Assembly: GCF_006345805.1 (NCBI RefSeq)
Contig: NC_043004.1
Location: forward strand, 53,754,001-53,818,000
Direction: 5' to 3'
Length of the DNA stretch: 64,000 bases
Source: Octopus sinensis
Taxonomy: Eukaryota
Notes under the pieces: model-generated
Told to the model about the DNA's origin: nothing
What the model saw: the letters and a program-made list of their open reading frames with translations, nothing else
Databases searched by the model: none
Made by a program: the position numbers and the translations under genes
In this document: piece after piece, positions 51,979 to 63,745 of the stretch
How positions within the stretch are numbered: the stretch's first letter is position 1
Layout of the letters: each line of letters starts with the position of its first letter

Positions 51979-53582
51979 AAAAGGAAATCCGTTGGGAAAA
52001 CAAAAAAGAACAGAGAGGCGGAGCAAAAAACAAATCGAACTGTGCTCCTAAGAGCCCATGGCGAAACTGTTTATCAGTGTATGTTGAGAACCGGTGGCTG
52101 AAGAATTCAACGGGTCAGGCATCGGTCAATCATGTGGGTGAGGGTGTATAGATGTTCTTTGTGACCGAGAATAAAGTTCTGACTATTTAAAGAATATTGA
52201 TGTTTTATAAGGGGCGAGAAAAAATCTACTTAGAGACGTGTGTGTGTGTATACTGTTCTATATATGTGTGTGTTGGCGTAGGGGTAGAAAACATTTTTTG
52301 TGTACGTGGTGCGTTTGATCGTTCGGCTGTCAGTGGCTACTGCCGTGATAACCGTTGGGTGCAGAAAGAAAAAAATAAAAAAATCATATATATATATTAT
52401 GTTTTATGTGTTGTGTGTGTGTTCATCTAAGCCTGCCTTGTCAAGAAAACCCCCGCTGTGAAAAAACCAAGCGCCGTTTGTCTTACAGAGTAATTTCCCT
52501 TGCAGTGGTTAATCGTAGATATCTTAAAGGCTATTTCAGATTTTGTTACCAAGGGCTATGGGTGCCGGTATTATTTATAAACGCTATTTAAAGGCCAGAT
52601 AAGTGTAACGCCGCCAATGGGGGCATCGAAAAGCCGACTGTAAGAGCCCGTTTACCATCCGGCCTCTGGCAAACAAAATATGGAAGGTTCGGAGATACAA
52701 GGTTGCACTGTCTTCTGCCCCTATCAAATGGGAGGGCCCCCGACAAAATGACCATTCCAGCCTATAGCTGGAATGGTCAATTTTGTCGGTGGCCCTATAG
52801 CTGGAATGGTCAATTTTGTCGGTGGCCCTCCCATTGATAGGGGCAGAAGACAGTGCAACCTTTGTGTCTCCGAACTCTTCCATATTTTGTTTGCCAGAGG
52901 CCGGATGGTAAACGGGCTCTTACAGTCGGCTTTTCGATGCCCCCATTGGCGGCGTTACACTTATCTGGCCTTTAAATAGCGTTTATAAATAATACCGGCA
53001 CCATAGCCCTTGGTAACAAATTCTGAAATAGCCTTTAAGATATCTACGATTAACCACTGCAAGGGAAATTACTCCTGTAAGACAAACGGCGCTTGTTTTT
53101 TCACAGCGGGGGGTTTCCTTGACAAGGCAGGCTTAGATGAACACACACACACACACATAAAACATATATATATATATAATTTTTTTATTTTTTTCTTTCT
53201 GCCACCCAACGGTTATCACGGCAGTAGCCACTGACAGCCGAACGATCAAACGCACACACGTACACAAAAAATGTTTTCTACCCCTACGCCAACACACACA
53301 TATATAGACAGTATACACCACACACGTCTCTAAGTAGATTTTTCTCGCCCCTTATAAAACATCCAATATTCTTTAAATAGTCAGAACTTTATTCTCGGTC
53401 ACAAAGAACATCTATACACCCTCACCCACATGATTGACCGATGCCTGACCGTTGAATTCTTCAGCCACCGGTTCTCAACATACACTGATAAACAGTTTCG
53501 CCATGGGCTCTTAGGAGCACAGTTCGATTTGTTTTTTGCTCCGCCTCTGTTCTGTTTTTGTTTTTCCAACGGATTTCCTTTT

Positions 53583-53669
53583 TTCTTCCTGAAGAGAAAG
53601 ACACAATATGGTCCCATTATTCAATCGGATTTTGGTAATTTGTGCCTTTCGAAACACGTGTAGAATGAA
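53583..53669 (+). ncRNA. Type I hammerhead ribozyme (family A), copy 3, intact
   Basis: Stem I TTCTTC/GAA-T-GAA; CTGAAGA 53589-53595; stem II GAAAG/CTTTC + CACAA/TTGTG; GAAA; palindromic ACACGTGT; GUA triplet, predicted cleavage after 53662. Confidence 0.88.
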
Positions 53670-53879
53670 ATAAAACGATTTCTGTTCAATCTGCGTTCAG
53701 CTCCATTTCTTCAATTCACCAATAATGTTTTAATTTCAATTATCCGCACCAACGCACGGTTGCAACGCCAGATGGTTGTACCTCCAACCGTGCTGTTTAC
53801 CGCTGTGATTTTTGCTACTAAGGTATCGGTTAAACTTTTGATTAATCTACTACAAGATTATTCATCTTTCTATTTCACA

Positions 53880-53963
<84 letters not shown>

Positions 53964-54139
53964 CCGATATATATAGCTATATGCATATATACATACATGT
54001 ATACACACACATATATATATATGTGTGTGTATATATACATATTTTATAATACATACTTATACATATACATATACATATATATATATATATTTAAATGTAT
54101 GCGTATACATACATCTATATATATATATATATATATGTA

Positions 54140-54630
54140 TATTTATTACGTTCGCTATTTTCCAGTAAATATCGGTGTTTTGTACCATTTATTTATTTAT
54201 TTACTTTTTGTATAATTTTACCCTTACGGGCTATTCTTTACTGGGAAGCAATACTCTCGTATTGCATTACTATTTTCATTGAAACTTCTTCACTGTCCTC
54301 GTTCTGTTAACGTCTTGGCGTTCAGACGAGTGTACTGGCATAGATGTGGCAACATTTGAAATATTGTTGAGGTTTATGCAGCTGATGAGGATAAATCAAA
54401 TATACGTTTAGCAATCGTATTTTGAAAAATCCGAAACCGGTACTCTATTATCCGTTATCTAGGTTTTTCATTTTTCAGATGTTCTTCCTAGAGGTAAGAC
54501 AATTTTTTTTCATGTTTGTTGCACACACGCATCTTTACTAGTACATACACAGTGAAGCTATTCATTAGCGTCGTATTTATTACGTTCGCTATTTTCCAGT
54601 AAATATCGGTGCTTTGTACCATTTATTTAC
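54140..54630 (+). mobile_element. HHR-containing 434-bp unit with ~56-bp terminal direct repeat (retrozyme-like or partial-tandem PLE repeat)
   Basis: TATTTATTACGTTCGCTATTTTCCAGTAAATATCGGTG.TTTGTACCATTTATTTA at 54140 and 54574; (TA)n flanks. Confidence 0.75.
54376..54448 (+). ncRNA. Type I hammerhead ribozyme (family C), weak stem I
   Basis: ATGCAG-CTGATGA-GGAT...TCAAATATACG/CGTATTTTGA...ATCC-GAAAC-CG-GTA-CTCTAT; one C-C mismatch in stem I. Confidence 0.75.
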
Positions 54631-54647
54631 TTATATATATATATATA

Positions 54648-55058
54648 GGCGCAGGAGTGACTGTGTGGTAAGTAGCTTGCTAACAAACCACATGGTTCCG
54701 GGTTCAGTCCCACCGCGTGGTATCTTGGGCTAGTGTCTTCTGCTATAGCCCCGGGCCGACCAATGTCTTGTGAGTGAATTTGATAGACGGAAACTGAAAG
54801 AAGCCTGTCGTATATATATGTATATATGTATATGTGTTTGTGTGTCTGTTTTTGTCCCCCTAGCATTGCTTGACAACCGATGTTGGTGTGTTTACGTCCC
54901 CGTCACTTAGAGGTTCAGCTAAAGAGACCGATAGAATAAGTACTGGGCTTACAAAGAATAAGTCCCGGGGTCGATTTGCTCGACTAAAGGCGGTTCTCCA
55001 GCATGGCCGCAGTGAAATGACTGAAACAAGTAAAAGAGTAAAATGAGAGTAAAGAGTA
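54648..55058 (+). mobile_element. tRNA-derived SINE (family 1)
   Basis: Homologous to 20527-20946. Confidence 0.92.
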
Positions 55059-55106
55059 TACATATATAATATACACAGACACTCACGCACACACACACAC
55101 ACACAC

Positions 55107-55148
<42 letters not shown>

Positions 55149-55996
55149 AACATACAGCAGTTGCCTTGAAGAAAATAATTAGACATGGACGCCAATCATA
55201 TTTATGCAGAATATGTCTGCGTAAATTGTTTCACAATTCTGCATGATGTAATTAGCACGTTACAGCTGTTTCGTTGTATCATGTAAACACTGCATTTTAT
55301 AATGAGCATCAGTCATTTAGGCGCGAAAATTATGAGGCAATATTTCCCGAAATCAGAAATGGAGACCCAATATTAATATATATGGACCATGATACATAAC
55401 ACTATGTAAATCCGGCTAACGAAATAAATTTATAGAATAGGAAAGCCTAAATTTGCATCATATATAAGTTAAACCCATTATTTCCTATAGTCTACAGAAA
55501 AAGTAGTAAAAAGACTACTCTGGACAAATCTGATTCGATAGCACACTTCATTTGCTCATGATACTCTTGTGTATATCGCATACATTGCAGTGGGCCATCC
55601 AGTCTTTGTATGTAAGCATTTGATGACTAGTTTTAAACAATAAATATACTGCTTTCCCTATTGTTTTGTAGTGTTGAAAAAGACGATGTAATTCTCAGGG
55701 CTCGTTCAGAGTTCCTGAAAGAAGACTAAGTCGGCTTCTAACACAACTGGCAATACACATCATTTCTTTATAAAGCAGTCATGAGTTAGGTCTAAATATT
55801 TTTGAACAAACTATTTGGCAAACCTATACCTTACACGCCTGATCGTTAATCAAAAACATTTAGTTGCCGCATAGCGCAGCAATAATCGTAAGAAATTCAG
55901 CCTCAGTTCGAGTGTCACATACATTCTGATATTCTGGAGATTATGTGTGTATATATACACACACACACACAACACACACACCAAAACACACATATA

Positions 55997-56046
<50 letters not shown>

Positions 56047-56049
<3 letters not shown>

Positions 56050-56185
56050 CAGAATCAATTATCCTTGCTTCAGTCTGTTCGCTTTCAGGCTCCTCTTCAT
56101 CTTTGAGCTCTATTATTTCCACTGGGGGTTCTTCTGTTATATCCTTTACATGTGCCAATGCAACAGTCTCAGCTGGCATTTCAAA
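56047..56185 (-). other. Short Glu-rich coding-like island between microsatellites
   Basis: Reads FEMPAETVALAHVKDITEEPPVEIIELKDEEEPESEQTEARIIDSE without stops; no splice sites recognised. Confidence 0.3.
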
Positions 56186-56194
56186 CACACATAC

Positions 56195-56700
56195 ATATAT
56201 ATATGTAGTTAATCCAAACATGAAAACACAAAGAGAAAACACAACAACGCGAGGACGTGGAGCAAATATAGTATTATTGGACGCTCAGGAAAGAAGGAGG
56301 GTTTAACGTTTCGAGCGGAGCTCTTCGTCGGAAACATAGAAGGAAAGATCCAGAGAAGGGAAGACAGAGGAAAAAAAAATCGTCAACGGTACATATGCGG
56401 TCACATTTTGAATGACCGGAAGGAAATGGGTGAAGAAAAGTTCTTTCAAAGACAGGAGAATGCAAGAGGAGGTATGTGTGTGTAAGTGTGGATATGTGCG
56501 TGCGCGAAGGTCTTCGTGTGTGTGTATGTGTGTATGTGTGTATGTGTGCAATGATAACACGTGTGTGTGTGTGCGTGTGTGTGTGTGGTTGTGGCTGTTA
56601 ATCTTTGCGTGTCGTAGGGCTTAGTATTGTTTAAGGTCAAGGAAGAAGGAATTGGAAGTGGCTCTTTTTGTCTCTACCTCAGGTCAGTAGTAGGTACTGC
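56195..56700 (-). mobile_element. PLE-type 3' end with minimal HHR, preceded by a long degenerate (CA)n tract
   Basis: Homologous to 39440-39790; weak EN C-terminus-like RQKE...TL..P near 56620-56680. Confidence 0.65.
56301..56335 (-). ncRNA. Minimal hammerhead-like motif (family F)
   Basis: Minus: GTTT-CCGACGA-A-GAGC-TCC-GCTC-GAAAC-GT-T-AAAC; stem III only possible as a dimer through the palindrome ACGT. Confidence 0.7.
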
Positions 56701-57680
56701 TAGTTTGAAGTATGTGTGTGTGTGCGTGTATGTATATTTATCGTGTGTGTGATTTGTTTGTAGTGTGTGTGTGTGTATGTATGTGTGTGTTCGTGTGTGT
56801 ATGCGTAGAGTTTGGGTGTGTGGCGAATAACTGTGTTTTACTTAGTGTATGTGTGCGTGTGTGCTTGTACGTGCGTACGTGTGTACACATGTATGTATAA
56901 TTGTGTGCGTGTAGTTGTGTGTGCGTGTAGTTGTGTGTGCGTGTACGTGTGCGTTTGTATGTGTGTGTGTAAGCGTATATGGGTGTATATACGTGTATCC
57001 GTGGGGTTGTGAGTATTGGGTGTGTGCATTCGTGTGCGTGTGTTCGTGCGTATGTGTGCGCGTATTTTTGTGCGCGTGTGTGTGTGTCTGTGTCTATATG
57101 TGTGTATACCTATGTGTATGTGTGTGTGCGCGTGTAGGCATATATTGTGTGTATGTATATGTATCGGTGTGTATGTGAATTTGTGTATGCGTGTGTGTGT
57201 GGGTTTTTGGAGTTGTGTGGGCGTAATGTGCGTGCGTGTGCTTGTGTGCGTGTGTCTCTGTACCCATGTGTGTATAAGTGTGTGTGTATCTGTATGAGTA
57301 TTGTTTGTTGGAGGTATATGTGGGCATCTGTGCTAGTGTGTGTGTGTGTATGTACGTGTGTATATGTGTGTGTGCGTATGTACGTGCGTGTATGTGTATG
57401 TGCGTGTGTGTGACCGTGGAGATGTGTGTCAGGTTGTGTTCATTTTATTGTGTGTACGCGCGTGTGCTTGAGTGTGTGTGTATATGGTTGTGTGTATATG
57501 GTTGTGTGTACGTTTATGTGTGTGTGTCTAAAGGTATGTGTCTGTGTGTGTGCACGTGGGTGTGTGTGGGTGTATGTATGTGTGTATGTATGTGTGCGTA
57601 TATGTGCATGTATGTTGTATGTGTGTGGTGTGTTGGAGGTATGTGTGTGTTTGTGGATACGTGAGTATGTGTGTGGGAGT
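56700..57680. repeat. Long degenerate (TG)n tract
   Basis: Direct; C/V-rich ORFs are artefacts. Confidence 0.95.
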
Positions 57681-58339
57681 GATTATATATATATATATAT
57701 ATATATCAAGAGGGAGAGAGAGATAAATAGATAGATAAATAGAGAGAGAGAGAGGAGAGAGGAGAGAGAGAGACTGCCAAATATTTCTCATTGTATTAAT
57801 ATAAATATCTTTTGAAGCTCCATTATATAAACATTGACATATCCGTTGCGATGATACTTCGATATCAAGAACTCTTCTTACTTTGTATTGCCATCACGTA
57901 CATATATCATATTCTTAGAAACATCATTTGATTAGTTTTCACACTCTGTATGGTTTTAGAATATTTCTACTTTCAAGAGCATTCCTCAGTATCTCTACTA
58001 CTCCTCTAACCTAACTTTTTTCAGGTAAGCCTCAATTTGATAAATTTCGAAGCGCAGGTGTTTCTCAATACTTAAAGTTTTCAGAGCAATGGTTTCTCTT
58101 ATACCTTTATTACTAATTAAGGCATCTTCTACTACAATAATCAATTACATCGCTTTCATTATCAAATGTTTCAAAGTGCAGCTAGTTTGTTTGGTGTTTG
58201 TTTATCCTTGTGAATATGTTGAGATGTGCGACGAAATATTTTTGTTCATTGGCTGATCTGGAGGAAAGTGTTGGGATTGGAATTCAAATACGACAGTCAA
58301 AATTTTCCCAAAGTCAAAGCATTTTACCCATACGGTATT

Positions 58340-59310
58340 TATCCGTTGACATTTTAAATCTCGCGGCGTACCTGCAGGATCTTAAGAGCTGCGTCTCTGC
58401 TTCAAAGCATGTTTATCCTGGAACAGGATGAAGAACTTTTCTGAGAGGTAAAGATTACATTTCATAGGTATTTTATAAGGTCCATGTCTGTATGATAATG
58501 CTTTTTCTAGAATTTCACAGATCATATTGAAAGGACTGGTGACATTCTCTTTCAATTCTCAGACATGCTTTGCAAGATAAGTTGCTGTCCTATTTCCGGG
58601 GTGTCGGAAAGAATTTCGGTGGGAATAGAATCGAGTCATCAATGATTTTTCCGAAGCCCCTTTGTATGTTTTATATTCTTGTCAGCCATCTACATACACT
58701 TTAGCTTTATAAACAATTCCGTTTTCAAGACATTTAACTTCCAACGAACAGCAAGTCTTATCTTTGAAGTTGCAGTTTCTCAGATTAGATTCGGCACTGT
58801 AGATGTTTGTAATAATTTTCGTATTGAGCTGAATAATAAGAGAGACGAAAGTTTTCCAAAAAAGAATAGCTACCCTACAGCTTTCTCCTATTAAAAATTC
58901 TATAGAACTTATGGCTAGATTGAAAATGTTTAGAAACTAATTTCAAGAATTACCTATATTACTTTTTACGGCAATATCAAATGCGGAGTTAAACCACAAA
59001 ACTTCCAAGTTCTAGTTCTAGGTGGTCTACTTTTGTTAAAATTATCTCAAGTCTGCTGGATCTTCTCCGAGAATCCACTTTTCCTTAATGCATTATTGTA
59101 GTACGGCGCTGCATTTTGAAATGCTGTCTCATCTGAAGAAATTGAGGGTATTCGCCTTCCTACATTACTAACTAGGTTCTTAATAATTACGGATCAATGA
59201 TTAGATTCTTTGCTAATATAACATAGCTTTTCATTGGGCTTATATAGTGTTGAAATTTATCTAATTGCAGATCTAAGTTGAAATCTTAAAAATCTACGTT
59301 ATGAAGGTTA
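58340..59310 (-). mobile_element. Old Penelope-like element (third EN-bearing family): RT thumb to GIY-YIG EN, heavily mutated
   Basis: Minus with stops/frameshifts: DF*DFNLDL...SNH...GRRIPSISSDETAFQNAAPYYNNALRKSGF...LWFN...KHF..SHKFYRIFNR...CNFKDKTCCSL..KC...IVYKAKV...YKG...SFRH...CNL.LSEK. Confidence 0.8.
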
Positions 59311-59647
59311 CTTTTTATCGTCATCTGTAAGTCCATTCTTTGGAAGAAAACAATCAACATGCATTTGTATATATTTATGCCTTGCCTATATATGTCTGTA
59401 TATGTATGTTACCGTGTACCTGCGTCTGTATGTTTAGTGTATATACGTATATTATAGATTGTTTGTTATGTGTATATATTTCTAAATACATATGTAATCT
59501 AGCGTGAAATTGTTTTTAAAACGAAAATATCTTATATTTATTAAATCATTATTATTTCTACAACTAATTATTTACCTAGAGTATTTAGGCCATTCATACT
59601 TGTTTTTGATTTAAGGCTTCTTTCACTTGAACATATAAATCTACTTG

Positions 59648-59823
59648 GTGTCAAAATATTTTCGCCGCTTTCAGCGCTTCCACATTTAAATCCTCTTTGT
59701 GTCAAAATATTTCTGCCGCTTTGAAACCGGGACCTATTCAATGACAAAATTCACAGATGCAACACGAAATTTTGTCAGTGAACAGGTTGTGGTTTCAAAG
59801 CGAGGAAAATATTTTGACACAAA
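59648..59823. repeat. MITE-like hairpin with subterminal direct repeat
   Basis: TTTGTGTCAAAATATTTC..CCGCTTTGAAACC / GGTTTCAAAGCG..GAAAATATTTTGACACAAA; inner TGACAAAATT/AATTTTGTCA. Confidence 0.75.
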
Positions 59824-59939
59824 TTAAATTTAAATGTTGAAATGAATCTAACGGGTTTTTGTGTGTTTAGTTAAATGGGGCTTATAAATACATACTACGC
59901 TGCACATTGTTTACATATACATACATATATTATATAATA

Positions 59940-59972
<33 letters not shown>

Positions 59973-60108
59973 ATAGAAGAGAGAGAGAGAGAGAGAGAGA
60001 GAGGAGATAGATAGATAGATAGATAGATAGATAGTTAGATAGATAGATATACACACACACATATATATATATATATATGTCATGTATATGTCATGTATAT
60101 ATGGTATA

Positions 60109-60164
<56 letters not shown>

Positions 60165-61154
60165 CGTGTATGTGCGGATAGTGAGGGGTTGAGAGAGAAA
60201 AGATAACAGAGAAGGAAGAAAGGAACAAAGAAAGAAGAGGACAAAAAGAGAAATAGAGGACAGCAGAGGAGAAAGAAAGATAGAAAAATTGGATTTGCTG
60301 TTGTTGTTAGTCACCGGACTGTCAATTTGGCAGTTGGCCGGTCAGCCGGCTGGTTATTAAATGTGAGTGTAATCCTTGGGTTGATGAAGGGATAGATGTA
60401 AACGGCTGTGACACTGACAATGATAGTGGTGATGATGGTAATATTTATACGGTGTTTGCAAATAGACTTGAAATTGGTTGTGGTAACGGTGGTGCTTGCA
60501 GTGTGGTGTGATTACAGTAGTAAAACGGTGAGGAGAATTCCGATGAGTAGGTGGTAATTTTCCAACTTGTTGTTATGGCGGACAAAACATTCATACACCG
60601 TTCTGTGGCCGGAAGCTACCAAAACTGAACAAAATAAACAGTTGTTTAGAGTAGTGAGGTATGACCATTTAAAAATTAAATTTTGAGACGCCAATGGAAA
60701 TCCAATAAACGATTATGAGTGCTGGTGCATGACGGGACACTACTTCAGACATTTCTAGAAGTTGCTAAAACATTTCTTTATGTTGGTGAAGCATGACGTG
60801 ACGAAATGGCGGACATGATGTGAAAGAAATATGTTAATATAGCATATGAAAGCAGACGTATTTGTTTAGATTTGAAATTCTTTGTCGTTGCTATTATTGT
60901 TGCATCTAGTCAAATGGGAACGGTATTGATTATTCAACCATATATTCAAGAGTTCGTGTCTAAAGTAATTTTCATAAGTTTGTCCTGAACATCCATTTTT
61001 GTTCTCAGACGTTTTGTTGGCCATTGCTTCATACCTTCTGAGTAATATAAAGCTTTCTTTTCATAAATCCTATGTTACTCCAGTGGTTAGAAAAGAAAAG
61101 AAAGAAAGATAGATAGATAAATATATAGATGTACACCCCCCACAAACACACATA

Positions 61155-61377
61155 TACTCTTTTACTCTTTTACTTGTTTCAGTCATTTGACTGCGGCCAT
61201 GCTAGAGCACCGCCTTTAATCGAGCAACTCGACCCCAGGACTTATTCTTTTGTAAGCCCAGTACTTATTCTATCGATCTCTTTTGCCGAACCGCTAAGTA
61301 ACGGGGACATAAACCCACTAGCACCGGTTGTCAAGCAATGCTAAGGGGACAAACACAGACATACAAACACACACATG

Positions 61378-61416
<39 letters not shown>

Positions 61417-61580
61417 TACGACGGGCTTCTTTTCAGTTTCCGTCTACCAAATCCACTCACAAGGCTTTGGTCGGCCCGAAGCTATAGTAGAAGACACTTG
61501 CCCAAGGTGCCACGCAGTGGGACTGAACCCAGAACCATGTGGTTGGTAAACAAGCTACTTACCACACAGCCACCCCTGCG
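61155..61580 (-). mobile_element. tRNA-derived SINE (family 1)
   Basis: Reverse complement of the 20527 family. Confidence 0.92.
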
Positions 61581-61686
61581 TATATATATATATACATATA
61601 TATTATATATATATATATATATATACAGGTAATAACCAATTTTAAGATCCCCATTAAAAATGAAAAAGCCATGGTCAAGACAATAA

Positions 61687-62700
61687 TTATACGTTAACAT
61701 AATTTTCATTGCTTTCTATAACTTCAATCCATGTATCAACGAGGTTATGAATGCTACTCTTGTAAAACAGTCTAGGTATTGATGCGAAATATGAATCCAA
61801 CTGATGTTCAAATTTTCTTCTTGATGTCAACCTAAGACTATTCAAATAGTTCTGTAGTCTCCAAATCATGTGATAATCAGAAGGAGCAAGGTCTGGAGAA
61901 CATGGAGGATGAAGCAATATTTCCCATCCAAGCTCTTCCGAGAAATCTTTGGGCAGTCGAGCTTTGTGAGGACGAGCATTATCATGGTGGAAGATGACGC
62001 CCTTTCTGTTGACTAAGCATGGTCGCTTTATGTTCAAAACAGCTTTAAAACAATGAAGTTGATCACAGTATAGATTAGCATTAATTGCTTCCTAGTTGTC
62101 AAACAGTTCGTAATGGACAATTCCTTCAGTATCCCACCGTACACTCAACATGATCTTCCCTTGATGAAATCCTCCTCTTGGTTGTTGAACTGGTCTTCCT
62201 CCTCGACTGATCCATGATCGGCGGCGTTTAACGTTATGGTAAAGGATCCACTTTTCGTCACCTGTAACAAACCTTCTTAAAAATGATTTCTTACGTTGTC
62301 ATGAAATCAATGACTGACAACAAAAAATCACGCTGTTGTAGATTCTCTGGAGACAGTTCGTGCGGGTCCCATTTTCCAAGTCCTTTCCAATCTTTTTCAG
62401 TTGGCGTAGAACTGATGTATGGGTTACGTGAAACTGTTCTGCAAGTTCTCTACAAGTAACTGTTGGATTTTCTGTGACAACAGATTCTAACGCTTCGGAA
62501 TCAAGTTGTTTTAAACGACTTCCTCTTGGCTTGTCTTTCAAACACAAATCCCATCTCCTGAAGCGACAAAACTATGTCCTGCAACTTCTTTCACTCACTA
62601 CATCATCTCCATTCTTAAAACATTGCAAGAGGCACAATTTTCAAAAACACTATCTAAAAAAGCTTTCTAAAATATCGGCCATTACCTTTGCATCAACCTA

Positions 62701-62703
<3 letters not shown>
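61687..62703 (-). mobile_element. mariner transposon remnant with 5' TIR
   Basis: GCCATTACCTTTGCATCAACCTAATA TIR end at ~62703; DKPRGSR..LDSEAL...V.ENP HTH region; FHHDNARPH, HPPCSPDLAPSDYH; no 3' TIR recognised. Confidence 0.9.
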
Positions 62704-62731
<28 letters not shown>

Positions 62732-62861
62732 ATTATATTAAATTAGAGACAAAACCACTATTAGGCAAATCATACAATGAAAAACTTAAGCCATACATAA
62801 GATTATTTAATTTATATTATTTAAATATATAACAAAATTATTAAAAAAATATAATTAATAT

Positions 62862-62929
62862 AACACTACGATCGTTCATGGCTGTTAATTTCTTTAAATT
62901 TTCGAGTTACAGTCATTCATCAGGTGGTT
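62862..62929 (-). ncRNA. Type I hammerhead (family D), copy with one A missing from GAAA
   Basis: As 63677-63745 but GAAC instead of GAAAC. Confidence 0.65.
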
Positions 62930-63676
62930 TAAATATTTAACTTGACAACAAAAGAACACGCTGTTGTAGATTCTCTGGAGACAGTTCGTGCGGGACCCAT
63001 TTTCCAAGTCCTTTCCAATCCTTTTCAGTTGGCGTAGAACTGATGTATGGGTTACGTTAAACTGTTCTGCAAGTTTTCTACAAGTAACTGGTGGATTTTC
63101 TGTGACAACAGATTCTAAAACTTCGGAATGAATGACTGTACCTCGAAAATTTAAAGAAATTAACAGCCATGAAACGATCGTAGTGTTATATTAATTATAT
63201 TTTTTAAATAATTTTGTTATATATTTAAATAATATAAATTAAATAATCTTATGTATTGGTTTAAGTTTTTCATTGTATGATTTGCCTAATAGTGGTTTTG
63301 TCTCTAATTTAATATAATACAATATTTTACTATAAAATTGGATTCAATCCTAAATCTGATTTTTCCCTGTAAGTTTGGATTTATTCCCTAATATTTATTA
63401 TATATATATATATATAATATATATATATAATATATATAGATATATATATTATATATGTATATATATATATATATTATAATATATATATATATATAATATA
63501 TAAATATATATATATATAATATATATATATATATTATATATATATATTATATTAAATTAGAGACAAAACCACTATTAGGCAAATCATACAATGAAAAACT
63601 TAAGCCAATACATAAGATTATTTAATTTATATTATTTAAATATATAACAAAATTATTAAAAAAATATAATTAATAT

Positions 63677-63745
63677 AACACTACGATCGTTTCATGGCTG
63701 TTAATTTCTTTAAATTTTCGAGTTACAGTCATTCATCAGGTGGTT
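63677..63745 (-). ncRNA. Type I hammerhead ribozyme (family D), intact
   Basis: Minus: AACCAC-CTGATGA-ATGACTGT...ACAGCCAT-GAAAC-GATC-GTA-GTGTT; palindromic stem III ACGATCGT. Confidence 0.85.

Larger units (their letters stand above)
51831..53880. mobile_element. ~2-kb palindrome of the PLE family A 3' end (inverted arm + arm + 150-bp tail)
   Basis: 51831-52762 is the reverse complement of ~52766-53731 (scattered indels); both homologous to 41052-42135; (TA)n flanks. Confidence 0.93.

Noticed and set aside
52584-52979. Novel ORFs across the palindrome centre
   Set aside because: Chimeric read-through of the inverted PLE endonuclease C-terminus
56412-57791. Cys/Val-rich and His/Thr-rich ORFs
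   Set aside because: Translation of degenerate (TG)n/(CA)n
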